Shown piece after piece: positions 39,330 to 51,303 of a stretch of DNA of 64,000 bases (positions are counted from its first letter, which is position 1; each line of letters starts with the position of its first letter). The position numbers were made by a program, and so were the translations under genes. Below the pieces are notes generated by a model. It ran no database searches and was not told the origin of the DNA. It saw nothing but the letters and a program-made list of their open reading frames with translations. Source of the stretch: Felis catus (lineage: Eukaryota); NCBI RefSeq assembly GCF_018350175.1, contig NC_058368.1, positions 147,934,001-147,998,000 on the forward strand, given 5' to 3'.

Positions 39330-39669
39330 AGAAATTATTTGATTTGTGATAAAATAATTTATACTAAATTTTACATACCAAAATGCAAGTGTTAAATCAT
39401 TCCTAACATATTTTTGTAGCATTATAAATTCTATAAACATTGCCTTACCAACATTTTCCCTAAGGGGAATATATTTTTTGGTTCTTCCTAAAGTATTTAG
39501 GTGCTTAATATTCTTTTTAGTTTGTTGAAACTAGAAATAAATGTTTGTCAGTGATCTGGGAAAGTCTAATTATGGAGCTTCTACAGTCCTGATGGAACAG
39601 GAAAGCTACTGTTATTTCCTCTGAAATTTTAGAGAGCTTCTTACCACTTAACAGCATTCACCACAAAGG

Positions 39670-39822
39670 TGGTATGGTGTGGTAGTAAAAAATTATTTGG
39701 GATTCAGGATTAAAGAACTTGATTTCAAATGTTGGAAATCTTATTAGTTGCATGACCTTACTTAAAATACTAAATAATTTGAAGCCTCAGTTTTTGAAAC
39801 TGACTTAAGGAACTATTGTCAA
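39670..39822 (+). mobile_element. MIR fragment
   Basis: gtatggtgtggtagtaaaaa...ttattagttgcatgacctt...gaagcctcagttttt. Confidence 0.6.
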
Positions 39823-39847
39823 ATTTGTCCCTTACAGACTGGTACAG

Positions 39848-42800
39848 AGAGGGAGGGGCCGGCATGGTAGAGAAGTAGGGGGATCCATACTTCCCATTCT
39901 CTCAAACAAATAAGTGCAGAAGCCAAAGGACTTTGAACACCAGAGCCTGGGAGGAAAAGAGAATGAATCTACCAGGAAGAAAAGGGGGCAGCTGGAAAAA
40001 AGATAGGTGGACAACTGAACTAGGGGAGATAAAGAAAGGCCTTGTGGGCACTGAAGGGCACCCCCTTCTGCGGAGAGACAAAGGTAAGAGAAAGAGCATC
40101 TAGGGAAGTGCAGGACCATTTATGGACAGGAGAAAGACCTTGGACTGAGAATGAGAGGGATCCGATCTCTAACTGTGGGGCATTCTTTGGCCTGAGGCCG
40201 GTTCCCTGTTTGCGCATGTGGGGAGGAGGGGAGCCAAGGGCCTTGGAGGAGGGGAGCCAGGGGCCTGGGTGTGGTGGTAGGTCAAGGGCTCAGTTTGCAG
40301 TTGGAGAAAGTGGTTTCCTCCCTGGAGGGCTGCCTGATAGTATAAAACCTGCCTGTTTCTGCCACCACCAGGCTCAATGGCTGGGCCTAGGTCCCAGTCT
40401 GCAAAAGGAGAAAGTGGCCCCCTCCCTGGAGTGCTGTGGGAAAAGACAAGGCCTGCCTGTGACCACCACCCCAGGGGCTAGGGGGAGGGCGGTGGCTCTC
40501 AGTCCCCAGTAGGAGAAGGTCATCCTCCCTGAAGTGCTGAGGTACAGACAAAGCCAGCTGAGATGACATATTGGCTGCTTTGAGAGGAGCTTCCCCAGTG
40601 TCAGAGTTCAAGGAGCAGACTTTGAATCCTAGTCAAGGGCAGGGTCAGGGGAGTTGGTGCAGTGAGGAGGACTGCCCCATCTGCACCAAAGGCACACTGA
40701 GGACAACTCAAATGGAGTCGACAGCCTCTGGGTCCATGGAGAACAGACTGGGGGATTGCCATTTCCTCCCCTGCCCAGACACCAACCACCACGACCAAGG
40801 CAGGGCCTCAGGGATCAATCCTAGGGCCCATAGTGCAGGTGGGTCCAGACTACACCAAACCACACCCCTTTGCAATGGGTAACTGAATATCCACCAGAGC
40901 AGCACAGACCCTGCAGAATAGAAAGGGAAGGAAAACTTCCAGACTCACTCTATGAAGTTAGCATTATTTTGATTCCCAAACCAGACAGAGACCCAGCAAA
41001 AAAAGAGAGAACTACAGTCCAATATCCCTGATGAATATGGATGCAAAAAGTCTCAACAAGATACTAGTGAATCTAATTCAACAGCATATAAAAAGAATTA
41101 TTCACTATGATCAACTGGGATTCATTCCTGGGCTGCAGGGCTGGTTCAATATTCGCAAATCAATCAGTGTGATACATCACATTAATAAAAGAAAAGATAA
41201 GAACCATATGATCCTGTCAATCAATGCAGAAAAAGCATTTGACAAAATACAGCATCCTTTCTTAATAAAGACACTCAAGAAAGTCAGGAAAGAAGGAACA
41301 TATTTAAACATCATAAAAGCCATTTATGAAAAGCCCACAGCTAACATCATCCTCAAATGGGGAAAAACTGAGAGCTTTTCCCCTGAGATCAGGAACACAA
41401 CACGGATGTCCACTCTCACCGCTGGTGTTTAACATAGTGTTGGAAGTTCTAGCAACAGCAATCAGACAACAAAAGGAAATCAAAGGCATCAAAATTGGCA
41501 AAGATGAAGTCAAGCTTTTACTTTTTGCAGATGACATGGTATTATACATGGAAAACCCGACAGACTCCACCAAAAGTCTGCTAGCACTGATACATGAATT
41601 CAGCAAAGTCTCAGGTATAAAATTAATGAACAGAAATCAGTTGCATTTTTATACACCAATAATGAAGCAACAGAAAGACAAACTGATCCCTTTCACAATT
41701 GCACCAAGAATCATAAAATACCTAGGAATAAATCTAACCAAAGAAGTAAAAGATCTGTATGCTGAAAACTACAGAAAGCTTAAGAAGAAAATTGAAGATA
41801 CAAAGTAATGGAAAAACATTCTATGCTCATGGATTGGAAGAATAAATATTGTTAAAATGTCAATACTACCCAAAGCAATGTACACATTTAAGGCAATCCC
41901 AATCAAAATTGCACCAGCATTCTCCTTGAAGCAAGAACAAGCAATCCTAAAATTTGTATGGAACCACAAAAAACCTCGAATAGCCAAAGTAATATTGAAG
42001 AAGAAAACCAAAGCAGGAAGCATCATAATCCCAGACTTTAGCCTCTACTACAAAGCTGTAATCATCAAGACAGCATGGTATTGGCACAAAAACAGACACA
42101 GAGACCAATGGAATAGAGAGTCCAGAATTGGACCCATAAAAGTATGGCCAACTAATCTTTGACAAAGCAGGAAAGAATATCCAATGGAAAACAAACAGTC
42201 TCTTTAACAAATGGTGCTGGGAAAACTGGACAGCAACATTCAGAAGAATGAAACTAGACCATTTCCTTACACCATTCACAAAAATAAACTCAAAATGGAT
42301 GAAGGACCTAAATGGGAGACATGAAACCATCAAAACCCTAGAGGAGAAAGCAGGAAAAACCTCTCTGACCTCAGCCGTAGCAATTTCTTACTTGACACTT
42401 CTCCAAAGTCAAGGGAATTAAAAGCAAAAATGAACTATTGGGACCTCATGAAGATGAAAAGCTTCTGCACTGCAAAGGAAACAATCAACAAAACTAAAAG
42501 GCAACTGATGGAATGGGAAAAGATATTTCCAAATGACATATTGGATAAAGGGCTAGTATCCAAAATCTGTAACAAACTTACCAAACTCCACACCCGAAAA
42601 CCAAATAATCCAGTGAAGAAATGGGCAGAAGACATGAATAGACACTTCTCTAAAGAAGACATCCAGATGGCCAACAGACACATGAGAAGATGCTCAATGT
42701 CACTCCTCATCAGGGAAATACAAAACAAAACCACACTGAGACCTCACGCTGGTCACAGTGGCTAAAAATGAACAAATCATGAGACGACAGATGCTGGTGA

Positions 42801-43458
42801 GGATGTGGAGAAACGGTAACCCTCTTGCACTGTTGGTGGGAATGCAAACTGGTACAGCTGCTCTGGAAAACAGTGTGGAGTTTCCTCAAAAAATTAAAAA
42901 TAGATCTACCCTATGACTGAGCAATAGCATTGCTAAGAATTTACCCAAGCGTTACAGGAGTGTTGATGCATAGGGGCACTTGTATCCCAATGTTTATAGC
43001 AGCACTTTCAAAAATAGCCAAATTATGGAAAGAGCCTAAATGCCCATCAACTGACGAATGGATAAAGAAGATGTGGCTTATATATATAATGGAATACTAC
43101 TTGGCAATGAGAAAGAATGAAATCTGGCCATTTGTAGCAACATGGATGAAACTGGAGAGTAGTATGCTAAGTGAAATAAGTCAGGAGAGAAAGAGAGATA
43201 CCATATGTTTTCACTCATATGTGGATCCTGAGAAACTTAACAGAAGACCATGGGGGAGGGGAAGGGGGGATAGAAAAAGTTACAGAGAGGGAAGGAGGCA
43301 AACCATAAGAGACTCTTAAGTACTGAGAACAAACTGAGGGTTGATGGGAGTTGGGGGAGAGGGGAAAGTGGGCGATGGGCACTGAGGAGGGCACCTGTTG
43401 GGATGAGCACCGGGTGTTGTATGGAAACCAATTAGACAATAAATTATATATATAAAAA
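39848..43458 (+). mobile_element. Carnivore/felid L1 lacking ORF1 and endonuclease: 5'UTR-like segment joined to ORF2 RT, C-terminus and 3'UTR
   Basis: GC-rich 39848-40916 begins ggaggggccggcatggtagagaagtaggggga (L1 5'-end-like), then switches abruptly at ~40917 to ORF2 ([10 protein letters not shown]); felid-type 3' end ...gtatggaaaccaattagacaataaatt. Confidence 0.85.
40917..43230 (+). pseudogene. L1 ORF2 (RT and C-terminal region), frameshifted
   Basis: ORF fragments contain [54 protein letters not shown]; several frameshifts and stops; apparent end ...SLICGS* (gga tcc tga). Confidence 0.95.
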
Positions 43459-44150
43459 ATAACAAATATAGATTTTTGGCAAAATGTTTGGTTATGTGGT
43501 TATTTGTAGTAGTTATTTATGAGTCATTCTCTCAATTTTATGTATAAGAAATGGCTTTTGATAAACTTTTTTGGAAAGTTTATTAGTTTTATAGGACTAA
43601 TATAAAATATATATTTGTACTACCTTTTCTGCAGTTATTAGGGTAGACTTACTGAAAGAAAAGCTACATCATTTACCTCTTAAGTTTTTATTTTTAGTTA
43701 AGATACTTACTTAACCGCTTACTTACTACACTACTCATGCTATTATGTAAGATTATTTAAGCCTATTATCAACGAAAGCATTGACTAAGTTTTGTTTTGT
43801 TTTGTGTTTTTGTTTGCTTTGTTTTTCACCTAATTGCAATTTTAACATTGGATTTAAGTATAGTTTAAGAAAGTAAGAACATTACATAGAAGAGACCCAA
43901 AACAACAAAGAACACAGAAGAATGGGGTTTTTGGCAACAGGACTTCAAAATGGGAGTTTGGAAAGCAATGGGATTATGTAGATGGTGAAAAGGAACAGAG
44001 GAAATTATAGGCCAGAATTATTTCCAGAAGAACTGGCTATTCTATTACAAGTAGGCTTTCTTAGTGGAAATCTAGAAATGTTCTAGAATCAAAGTTAAAA
44101 TACTAAATGTGTCTGTGAGAAGTGAAACACTTAAAATAGAAATTAATTGA

Positions 44151-44360
44151 GGGGCACCTTGTCGGCTCAGTCAGTGAAGCGTCTGACTCTGGTTCAGTTC
44201 ATGACCTTGTGGTTTGTGAGTTTGAACCCCACGTCAGGCTTTGCACTGACAGCTCAGAGCCTGGAGCCTGCGTTGAATTCTGGGTCTCTCTTTCTCTCTG
44301 TCCCTCCCTTGCTCACACTCTGTTTCTCTCTTTCTGTCTCTCAAAAATAAATATTTAAAA
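44151..44360 (+). mobile_element. CanSINE
   Basis: Head ggggcaccttgtcggctcag, core, (CT)n, aataaa. Confidence 0.93.
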
Positions 44361-44989
44361 GGAAAAGGAAGAGAGTATTTTTTTAAAAATAATAAAAATT
44401 CACAGAAATAAAGAAAATCATTGGTTGGTAGAGTCTACCAACTCTCTCTAGTAAAAAAAAAAAAGACATTCAATATATCTTTCTCAAAGTTCAAAGTACC
44501 AAAAAAAACCCATACATTACAAAAATTTCCAACGATTAGGAGAAAGTCAGCCAACAAAGAAATGAGTATTAGAAGAGAAATACTAAGAATATCAGAACAC
44601 ATAAAGGCAAAGAAGCATTGCCTTCCAATAAAAAAAATAGAATTCTCTACCCACAATAAAATGTGAGAGATATGGAAATATTTTCAGATACTTGGTATGT
44701 GATAGTATATGGAAGTATTAATTTATGCACTTGTCTTTTCTACACTTCCTAGGAAGTAATCTTTCCACTAGCAAACCAGAGGCACTCACAATGCCACAGG
44801 AAAATTTATAACTGCATTACAGAGAAGCAAAAAGGTGCAAATATGATATATATAAATGTTTTTATTTATGTTTTTATAAATGTTTTCTCAAGGTTTAAAT
44901 TAACATCGTTTTTGTTACTAGAGACTTGAGTATATATTCATACTCTTGAATTCATCTGAATCCCCTATTTTTCTATTCAGAAGAATTTT

Positions 44990-45700
44990 TACAAATAAAA
45001 ATTAAGAAGATTTGTACAAATGCTAGTTTATTCTAGATATTAATCCCTTTCTGTTATTGAACATAAAAATCCCCCTAATTGAAAAATATATACCTGTATA
45101 TCTTCTTCTAATAATTTAACAGTATTGTTATAACCTTTAGATCTTTAACCACATGGACTTTACCTTTGTATATTGCATTGTAAAGGTATCAAACTATAAT
45201 TTTTAATATATATTGAGCCAATTTTCCATTAATATCACATAATATTTTATGTGGTGTCACATTTATCATAATGTTCCTATATGAAACTTTGGTTTGTTTC
45301 TATTTTTTTTTATGACCATGCTGTTGAAATATGCTTAAATATTTGGTACATTAAGTCTTTCTGTAGGAAAGATAGTCTTTGCAGTTATTATAAAATTTCA
45401 TTACCAATTCATCTATTTTCAAAGTTAATTTTAGAATCTATTTGTCAAACTCCTCAAAGAATATGAGTAGAAATTTGCTGAATTCCATTGATTTATGGTT
45501 TAATGTGAAAAATCATAATGTTACATTATTTCGGTTGATACGTGTCACATATTTTATTAGTTTGTGTGTTACTTTTAAATGTTTAATGTGTGGTACAAAT
45601 TTGATGTCTTATTTTGGGTAATATTCACTAGCTTATATATATATATATATATTAAATAAAGTAGGATATGATTTTATAGTCTTTGTAAATATACATTTTT
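44990..45700 (-). mobile_element. Highly diverged L1ME ORF2 remnant
   Basis: attctagatattaatccc; acctttagatctttaacc; ttaattttagaatctatttgtcaaactcc. Confidence 0.5.
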
Positions 45701-46087
45701 TCTATTGATACCTAAACACATGAATGTAACTGGTAATTTCTGTCAAGATCCTAGAGCACAGACTATGCAGGTAATTAGAATAATATGCTTCACATTATAT
45801 AGACCCATAGAGCAATCTGCTGACAGAATTTATAAGGAAAGGCAGGTAGCTTCAAGAATTGAAAAATTTATTAAATGGCTAATAACAGTTATTTTGTCAA
45901 ACCTTTCCAAACATATCCTAATTATCAGTGAAAAAATATGTTGTATAAAATGCAAACATTTTCTTTCTTACAGTGTAATTTTTGCAATAAATAATACCTA
46001 GTTTCCACAAATCTATGTTAATACTGACTTTGCTGACATGGATTAAGGCATTTATTTTGCCTTTTCTGGAATAGTTTTGTCACTGAG

Positions 46088-46500
46088 TTTATTTTTTATA
46101 AGTTAATTTACTTATTTTGAGAGAGAGAGACAGGAGAGGAGAGAGGAGAGAGGAGAGAGGAGAGAGGAGAGAGGAGAGGAGAGAGGAGAGAGGAGAGAGG
46201 AGAGAGGAGAGAGGAGAGAGGAGAGAGGAGAGAGGAGAGAGGAGAGAGGAGAGAGGAGAGAGGAGAGAGGAGAGAGGAGAGAGGAGAGAGGAGAGAGGAG
46301 AGAGGAGAGAGGAGAGGAGAGGTGAGGAGAGGAGAGGAGAGGAGAGGAGAGGAGAGGAGAGAGGAGAGGAGAGGAGACAGTGAGGAAGAAAAAGAATCCC
46401 AAGTAGGCTCTGCACTGAAAGTGTAGACCTAGGGCTCAAACTCAAGAACCTTGAGGTCATGGCTTGAGCCAAAATCAAGAGTCAATCAACTAAGCCATTC
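46088..46500 (-). mobile_element. CanSINE with massively expanded internal polypurine tract
   Basis: Tail 46088-46130; head-side sequence gaatcccaagtaggctctgcactg...gagccaaaatcaagagtc at 46395-46500. Confidence 0.88.
46132..46377. repeat. (GAGAGGA)n then (GAGGA)n purine satellite, ~245 bp
   Basis: Directly visible. Confidence 0.97.
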
Positions 46501-46510
46501 AATCTCAGTG

Positions 46511-46551
<41 letters not shown>

Positions 46552-47022
46552 TTGATAGAATGTCTCACTGGAATAAAATGTCATGATTACCTCAGAGATA
46601 ATCATTGACCAAAAAAAAAAAAAAAAAAAAAGAGAGAGAGAGAGAGACAAAAGCATCTAGATGTTGCCTTGCAGATTTTTAATAGCTATCATCCAGAAAG
46701 TTTAAAACAACTGCTTTTTCTGTTATTGCATTAACTTCTACAGGAACAATGTTATTATTCATTATATTGAGCTAAATGAACTATGACTGCACGTTAATAC
46801 AATTTAATTGCAAAATATTCAGAAGAGGAATCTAACATGTTTTGAACTCCCTCTGAGGTTGACTCTCACTATAATAGACAAGTTGGAGTTATGGAGCATG
46901 GGATTGGTATGTTTCCATCTTATGGAATGCAGTTAGCTACATGAAATGGCTACAATTATCTGTTTTTTAGCTATCAATTTGTTTGATCATGTATATTCTT
47001 CTATATTGGTTCTTTAGGGTCC

Positions 47023-47121
47023 TTTCCTTCCTTCCTTCCTTCCTTCCTTCCTTCCTTCCTTCCTTCCTTCCTTCCTTCCTTCCTTCCTTCCTTCCTCCTC
47101 TCCTTTCCTTTTTTTTTTTTT
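47023..47121. repeat. (TTCC)n microsatellite plus poly(T)
   Basis: Directly visible. Confidence 0.96.
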
Positions 47122-47684
47122 AGTGACAATATATTTGCTCCATCATGTATTCTTTACCTTCACTCATGTTCAATGTAGGCAACAAAATGCAAACCATCCA
47201 TTTGCTTTTATATGATGCTTGGCTGTCTTTGTACCTATCCAATACTTATTTATCTCCACAGCTAAACTATAGTTTGAAGGAAAGTTGTGTATTTTCTATA
47301 ATATATTAAGGAGACTAAAGGTGGGCTAAAATAGCCTTTGTGAAGGAACTTAGCTTTGTTTTCTTTTCTGAAGCTTTACTGAATGTTGTGTTCAAAGGTG
47401 GGTGGGCATTGAACCACATTCTGATGAAGTGATTCACCTTCAATGAAGCTCATCCCCTGATTCTATATGAGGCATTGTAATTTTTTTTTTTAAATCAGAG
47501 TGAGCTATCGCTATTTGTCTACTGTTCCTGTCTCACATATCTTTACCTCAAAGTTATATGGCTTCCCTCAAGTGGAAAAAAAAAAAAAAAGAAACAACAA
47601 ACAACCAAAAGAAAAAAAAAACCAAAACCCTTAGCCTTCTACTCTCCATATTTGGAGTTATTACTGAACATTTTCAAAATATTG

Positions 47685-48340
47685 TCCACTCACATTGCAT
47701 TTAGTTGTCATGGTCTCCTTAGTCTCCTCCAACTATGACAGTTTCTCAGTCATTCCTTGTCTTTCATGACCGAAGAGTAGTGTACAGTTATTTTGCAAAA
47801 TTTTTCTATGTAGGTTTGTTTGGTGTTTTACATTATTAGCATGATGTTATGTATTTTGGGGAAAATATCACAGAGGTGATATGCCCTCATTGTATAATAT
47901 CAGGAGGCACATAGTACCAACATGATTTATTATTGGTAATGTTAATCTTGGTCACTTGACTAAACTGTTTATCAGGTTTCTCTATGGCAAAATTTCTACT
48001 TTTTCCTTTTGTAATTATTAAATATTTTGGGAGACTTTGAAACTATGTAATAGTTTGATACTGCTTAAACTTTCATCCACTAATTTTAACATCTATTGGT
48101 GGACATTATCTGTGGCAATAATTACGCTTGTGTTTTAATAATGATTTTGTAATTCTCTATTGATTTTATATTATAATTGGAATGCTTCTATAAGGAAATG
48201 TTCTTTTCTTTATTATTTGTTTATAGCAGTATGGACACATGAATATTTCTTATGTTTTTTGAGTTATAGTCCAATACTAATACTTGTGTGTGGGGGGGGG
48301 CAGTGGCCAATGGGCAGTCTTTCAGGTTGTCTATGGTGCC
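47685..48340 (-). mobile_element. L1MC3/4-like 3'UTR fragment
   Basis: cacattgcatttagttgtcatggtctccttagtctcctccaa...ggtaatgttaatcttggtcacttg. Confidence 0.75.
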
Positions 48341-49679
48341 CTAGAGATAAAGATCCATCCTATTTTCCATGCTTTTTTTCATCTTTTCAGTATTCAAAAA
48401 TTCTGGAATAATTCTTTACCACTTTCAGCTTTTAATCGGTCAAATCTACATTTCCTGACAAAGAATCTGGTATAGATCCATGAAAATGGGGATGGAAGAA
48501 AGGAACACTGGGGAAGGGGCTGCCATTTCAAAAGATACCATACCCATACAACCACAGAAAGATAAATCACACTTGCCATATTAATTATAGTTATTCTAAA
48601 TTCCCTGACAGTATTCTCCCTCAGTCTAGTTTTGATGGTTGCCTAATCTCTTGTGAATGTATTCTTTGTTGCTGTTTTATATGCCCTGAAATGTATTTGC
48701 TGAAATCCAATCATTTTGTATAGAATAGTAGAAATTGATAGTTTGTTTTTTTGGTTTTGTTTAATTTAGTTTTTGTTTTTTTATTCTGGGAAATGGAAAT
48801 GCTTTCCTAGGCATTTAGTGGATGGAGATGTTTAAGTGAATCTACTTAGGGTTTGGTCTGGGTTTATATTTGATGCTGTCATTGTTACAGGAATCTTTTG
48901 TTTTAGGGTATGATTCGGTTTATCAGAGCAATTAGTGTTTGCTTCTGATCTTTATATTGTATTTTTATCTGACTTGATTTTGTATTGTATTACATCTCTT
49001 TGATTGCTCTTGGTCTTTTCACAGTTTTCTACTGTTACTTGTTATAAAAAGCACATTATCTTGGTGATCGGTGGTAGAGTGGAGGAGGCTTTTTCTGTTG
49101 CTCTGATTAATCCCGAATCTTAGGTATGCATGGGTCTCAGGTCTTAGGAGTATGGCCTTTTTGCTTCTCTTATTCCTTTCCCAACTATAATTGGGGGCCA
49201 AATATATTATCTTACACTTTTCTAGGAGTAAGGTTTATTTTTTCCCTCCCTTTTCTTTACTCAGATGCAATGAATTTTTACAAATAATCCAAGGAGAGCA
49301 TTGCTCATTGCCCTTTTGTCCACAGTTTAAGAATCTTGTTTGGGAGTAAACATAAGATTAGGTAGAACTTCTTGCACGTTCTATAAGACTTCTATTCCTG
49401 CCCATTAGATGCTTATTTTTTAACATTTTTTATCTTTTTATTGATTTTTTTAATATATGAAATTTATTGTCAAATTGGTTTCCATACAACATTCAGTGCT
49501 CATCCCAACAGGTGCCCTCCTTAATGCCCATCACCCACCCTCCCCTCCTTCTCACCCCCCATCAGCCCTCAGTTTCTTCTCAGTTTTTAAGAGTCTCTTA
49601 TGCTTTGGCTCTCTCCCACTCTAACCTCTTTTTTTTTCCCCTGCCCCTCCCTCATGGGTTCCTGTTAAGTTTCTCAGGA

Positions 49680-50359
49680 AAAGTATGCATGGTATGTTTT
49701 CAATTCTTGTATACTTATGAAGGGCTGTTTTTTGACCCAGAATGTGATCTATCTTGGAGAATGTTCCATGTGCACTTGAGAAGAAAGTATATTCTGTTGC
49801 TTTGGGATGCAGAGTTCTAAATATATCTGTCACGTCCTTCTGATCCAGTGTATCATTCAGGGCCCTTGTTTCTTTATTGACCGTGTGTCTAGATGATCTA
49901 TTCATTTCTGTAAGTGGGGTGTTAAAAGTCCCCTGCAATTACCACATTCTTATCAATAAGGTTGCTTATGTTTGTGAGTAATTGTTTTATATATTTGGGG
50001 GCTCCCATATTTGGCACATAGACATTTATAATTGTTAGCTCTTCCTGATTGATAGACCCTGTAGTTATTATATAATGCCCTTCTTCATCTCTTGTTACAG
50101 CCTTTAATTTAAAGTCTAGTTTGTCTGAGATAAGTATGGCTACCCCAGCTCTATTCTGACTTACAGTAGCATGATAAATAGTTCTCCATTCCCTCACTTT
50201 CAATCTGAAGGTGTCCTCAGGTCTAAAATGAGTCTCTTGTAGACAGCAAATAGATGGGTCTTGTTTTTTTATCCATTCTGATACCCTATGTCTTTTGGTT
50301 GGTGCATTTAGTCCATTTACATTCAGTGTTATTATAGAAAGATATGGGTTTAGAGTCAT
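49680..50359 (-). pseudogene. L1 ORF2 endonuclease domain only
   Basis: MTLNPYLSIITLNVNGLN...CCLQETHF...INVYVPN...AGDF, frameshift near 49925, then FNTPL...HGTFSKIDHILG...IPCIL; truncated there. Confidence 0.95.
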
Positions 50360-50409
50360 TGTGATGTCCGTAGATTTCATGCTTGTAGTAATGTCTCTGG
50401 TACTTTGTC

Positions 50410-51303
50410 TCACAGGATCCCCCTTAGGATCTCTTGTAGGGCTGGTTTAGTGGTGACGAATTCCTTCAGTTTTTGTTTGTTTGGGAAGACCTTTATGTCT
50501 CCTTCTATTCTAAATGACAGACTTGCTGGATAAAGGATTCTCGGCTGCATATTTTTTCTGTTCATCACATTGAAGATCTCGTGCCATTCCTTTCTAGCCT
50601 ACCAAGTTCCAGAAGAGAGATCGGTCACGAGTCTTATAGGTCTCCCTTTATATGTTAGAGCACGTTTATCCCTCGCTGCTCTCAGAATTTTCTCTTTATC
50701 CTTGTATTTTGCCAGTTTCACTATGATATGTCATGCAGAAGATGGATTCAAGTTACGTCTGAAGGGAGTTCTCTGTGCCTCTTGGATTTCAATGCCTTTT
50801 TCCTTCCCCAGTTCAGGGAAGTTCTCAGCTATTATTTCTTCGAGTACACTTTCAGCACCTTTCCCTCTCTCTTCCTCCTCTGGGATACCAATTATGAGTA
50901 TATTATTTCTTTTTAGTGCATCACTTAGTTCTCTAATTTTCCCCTCATACTTACTCCTAGATTTTTTTATCTTTTTCTCAGCTTCCTCTTTTTCCATAAT
51001 TTTATCTTCTAGTTCACCTATTCTCTCCTCTGCCTCTTCAATCCGAGCTGTGGTTGTCTCCATTTTATTTTGCATGTCGTTTATAGCATTTTTTAGCTCC
51101 TCCTGGCTGTTCCTTAGTCCCTTGATCTCTGTAGCAATAGATTCTCTGCTGTCCTGTATACTGTTTTCAAGCCCAGCGATTAATTTTATGACTATTATTC
51201 TAAATTCACTTTCTGTTATATTGTTTAAATCCTTTTTGATCAGTTCATTAGCTGTTGTTATTTCGTGGAGATTCTTTTGAGGGGAATTCTTCCGTTTGCT
51301 CAT
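50410..51303 (-). pseudogene. L1 ORF1 (full length, two in-frame stops)
   Basis: MSKRKNSPQK...RIEEAEERIGELED...IIGIPEEEE...ENFPEL; stops at 50731-50733 and ~50598-50600; the frame reads on to ...KPALQEILRGIL*. Confidence 0.95.

Noticed and set aside
39832..40905. Cluster of overlapping ORFs in a GC-rich block, possible gene or CpG-island promoter
   Set aside because: CpG-depleted, L1 5'UTR-like; ORFs are expected from the GC content and show no recognisable domain.
46089..46478. Repetitive ORFs (LSPLSSL / REERGER)
   Set aside because: Products of the purine satellite.
50570..51280. 236-aa plus-strand ORF
   Set aside because: Antisense shadow of L1 ORF1.
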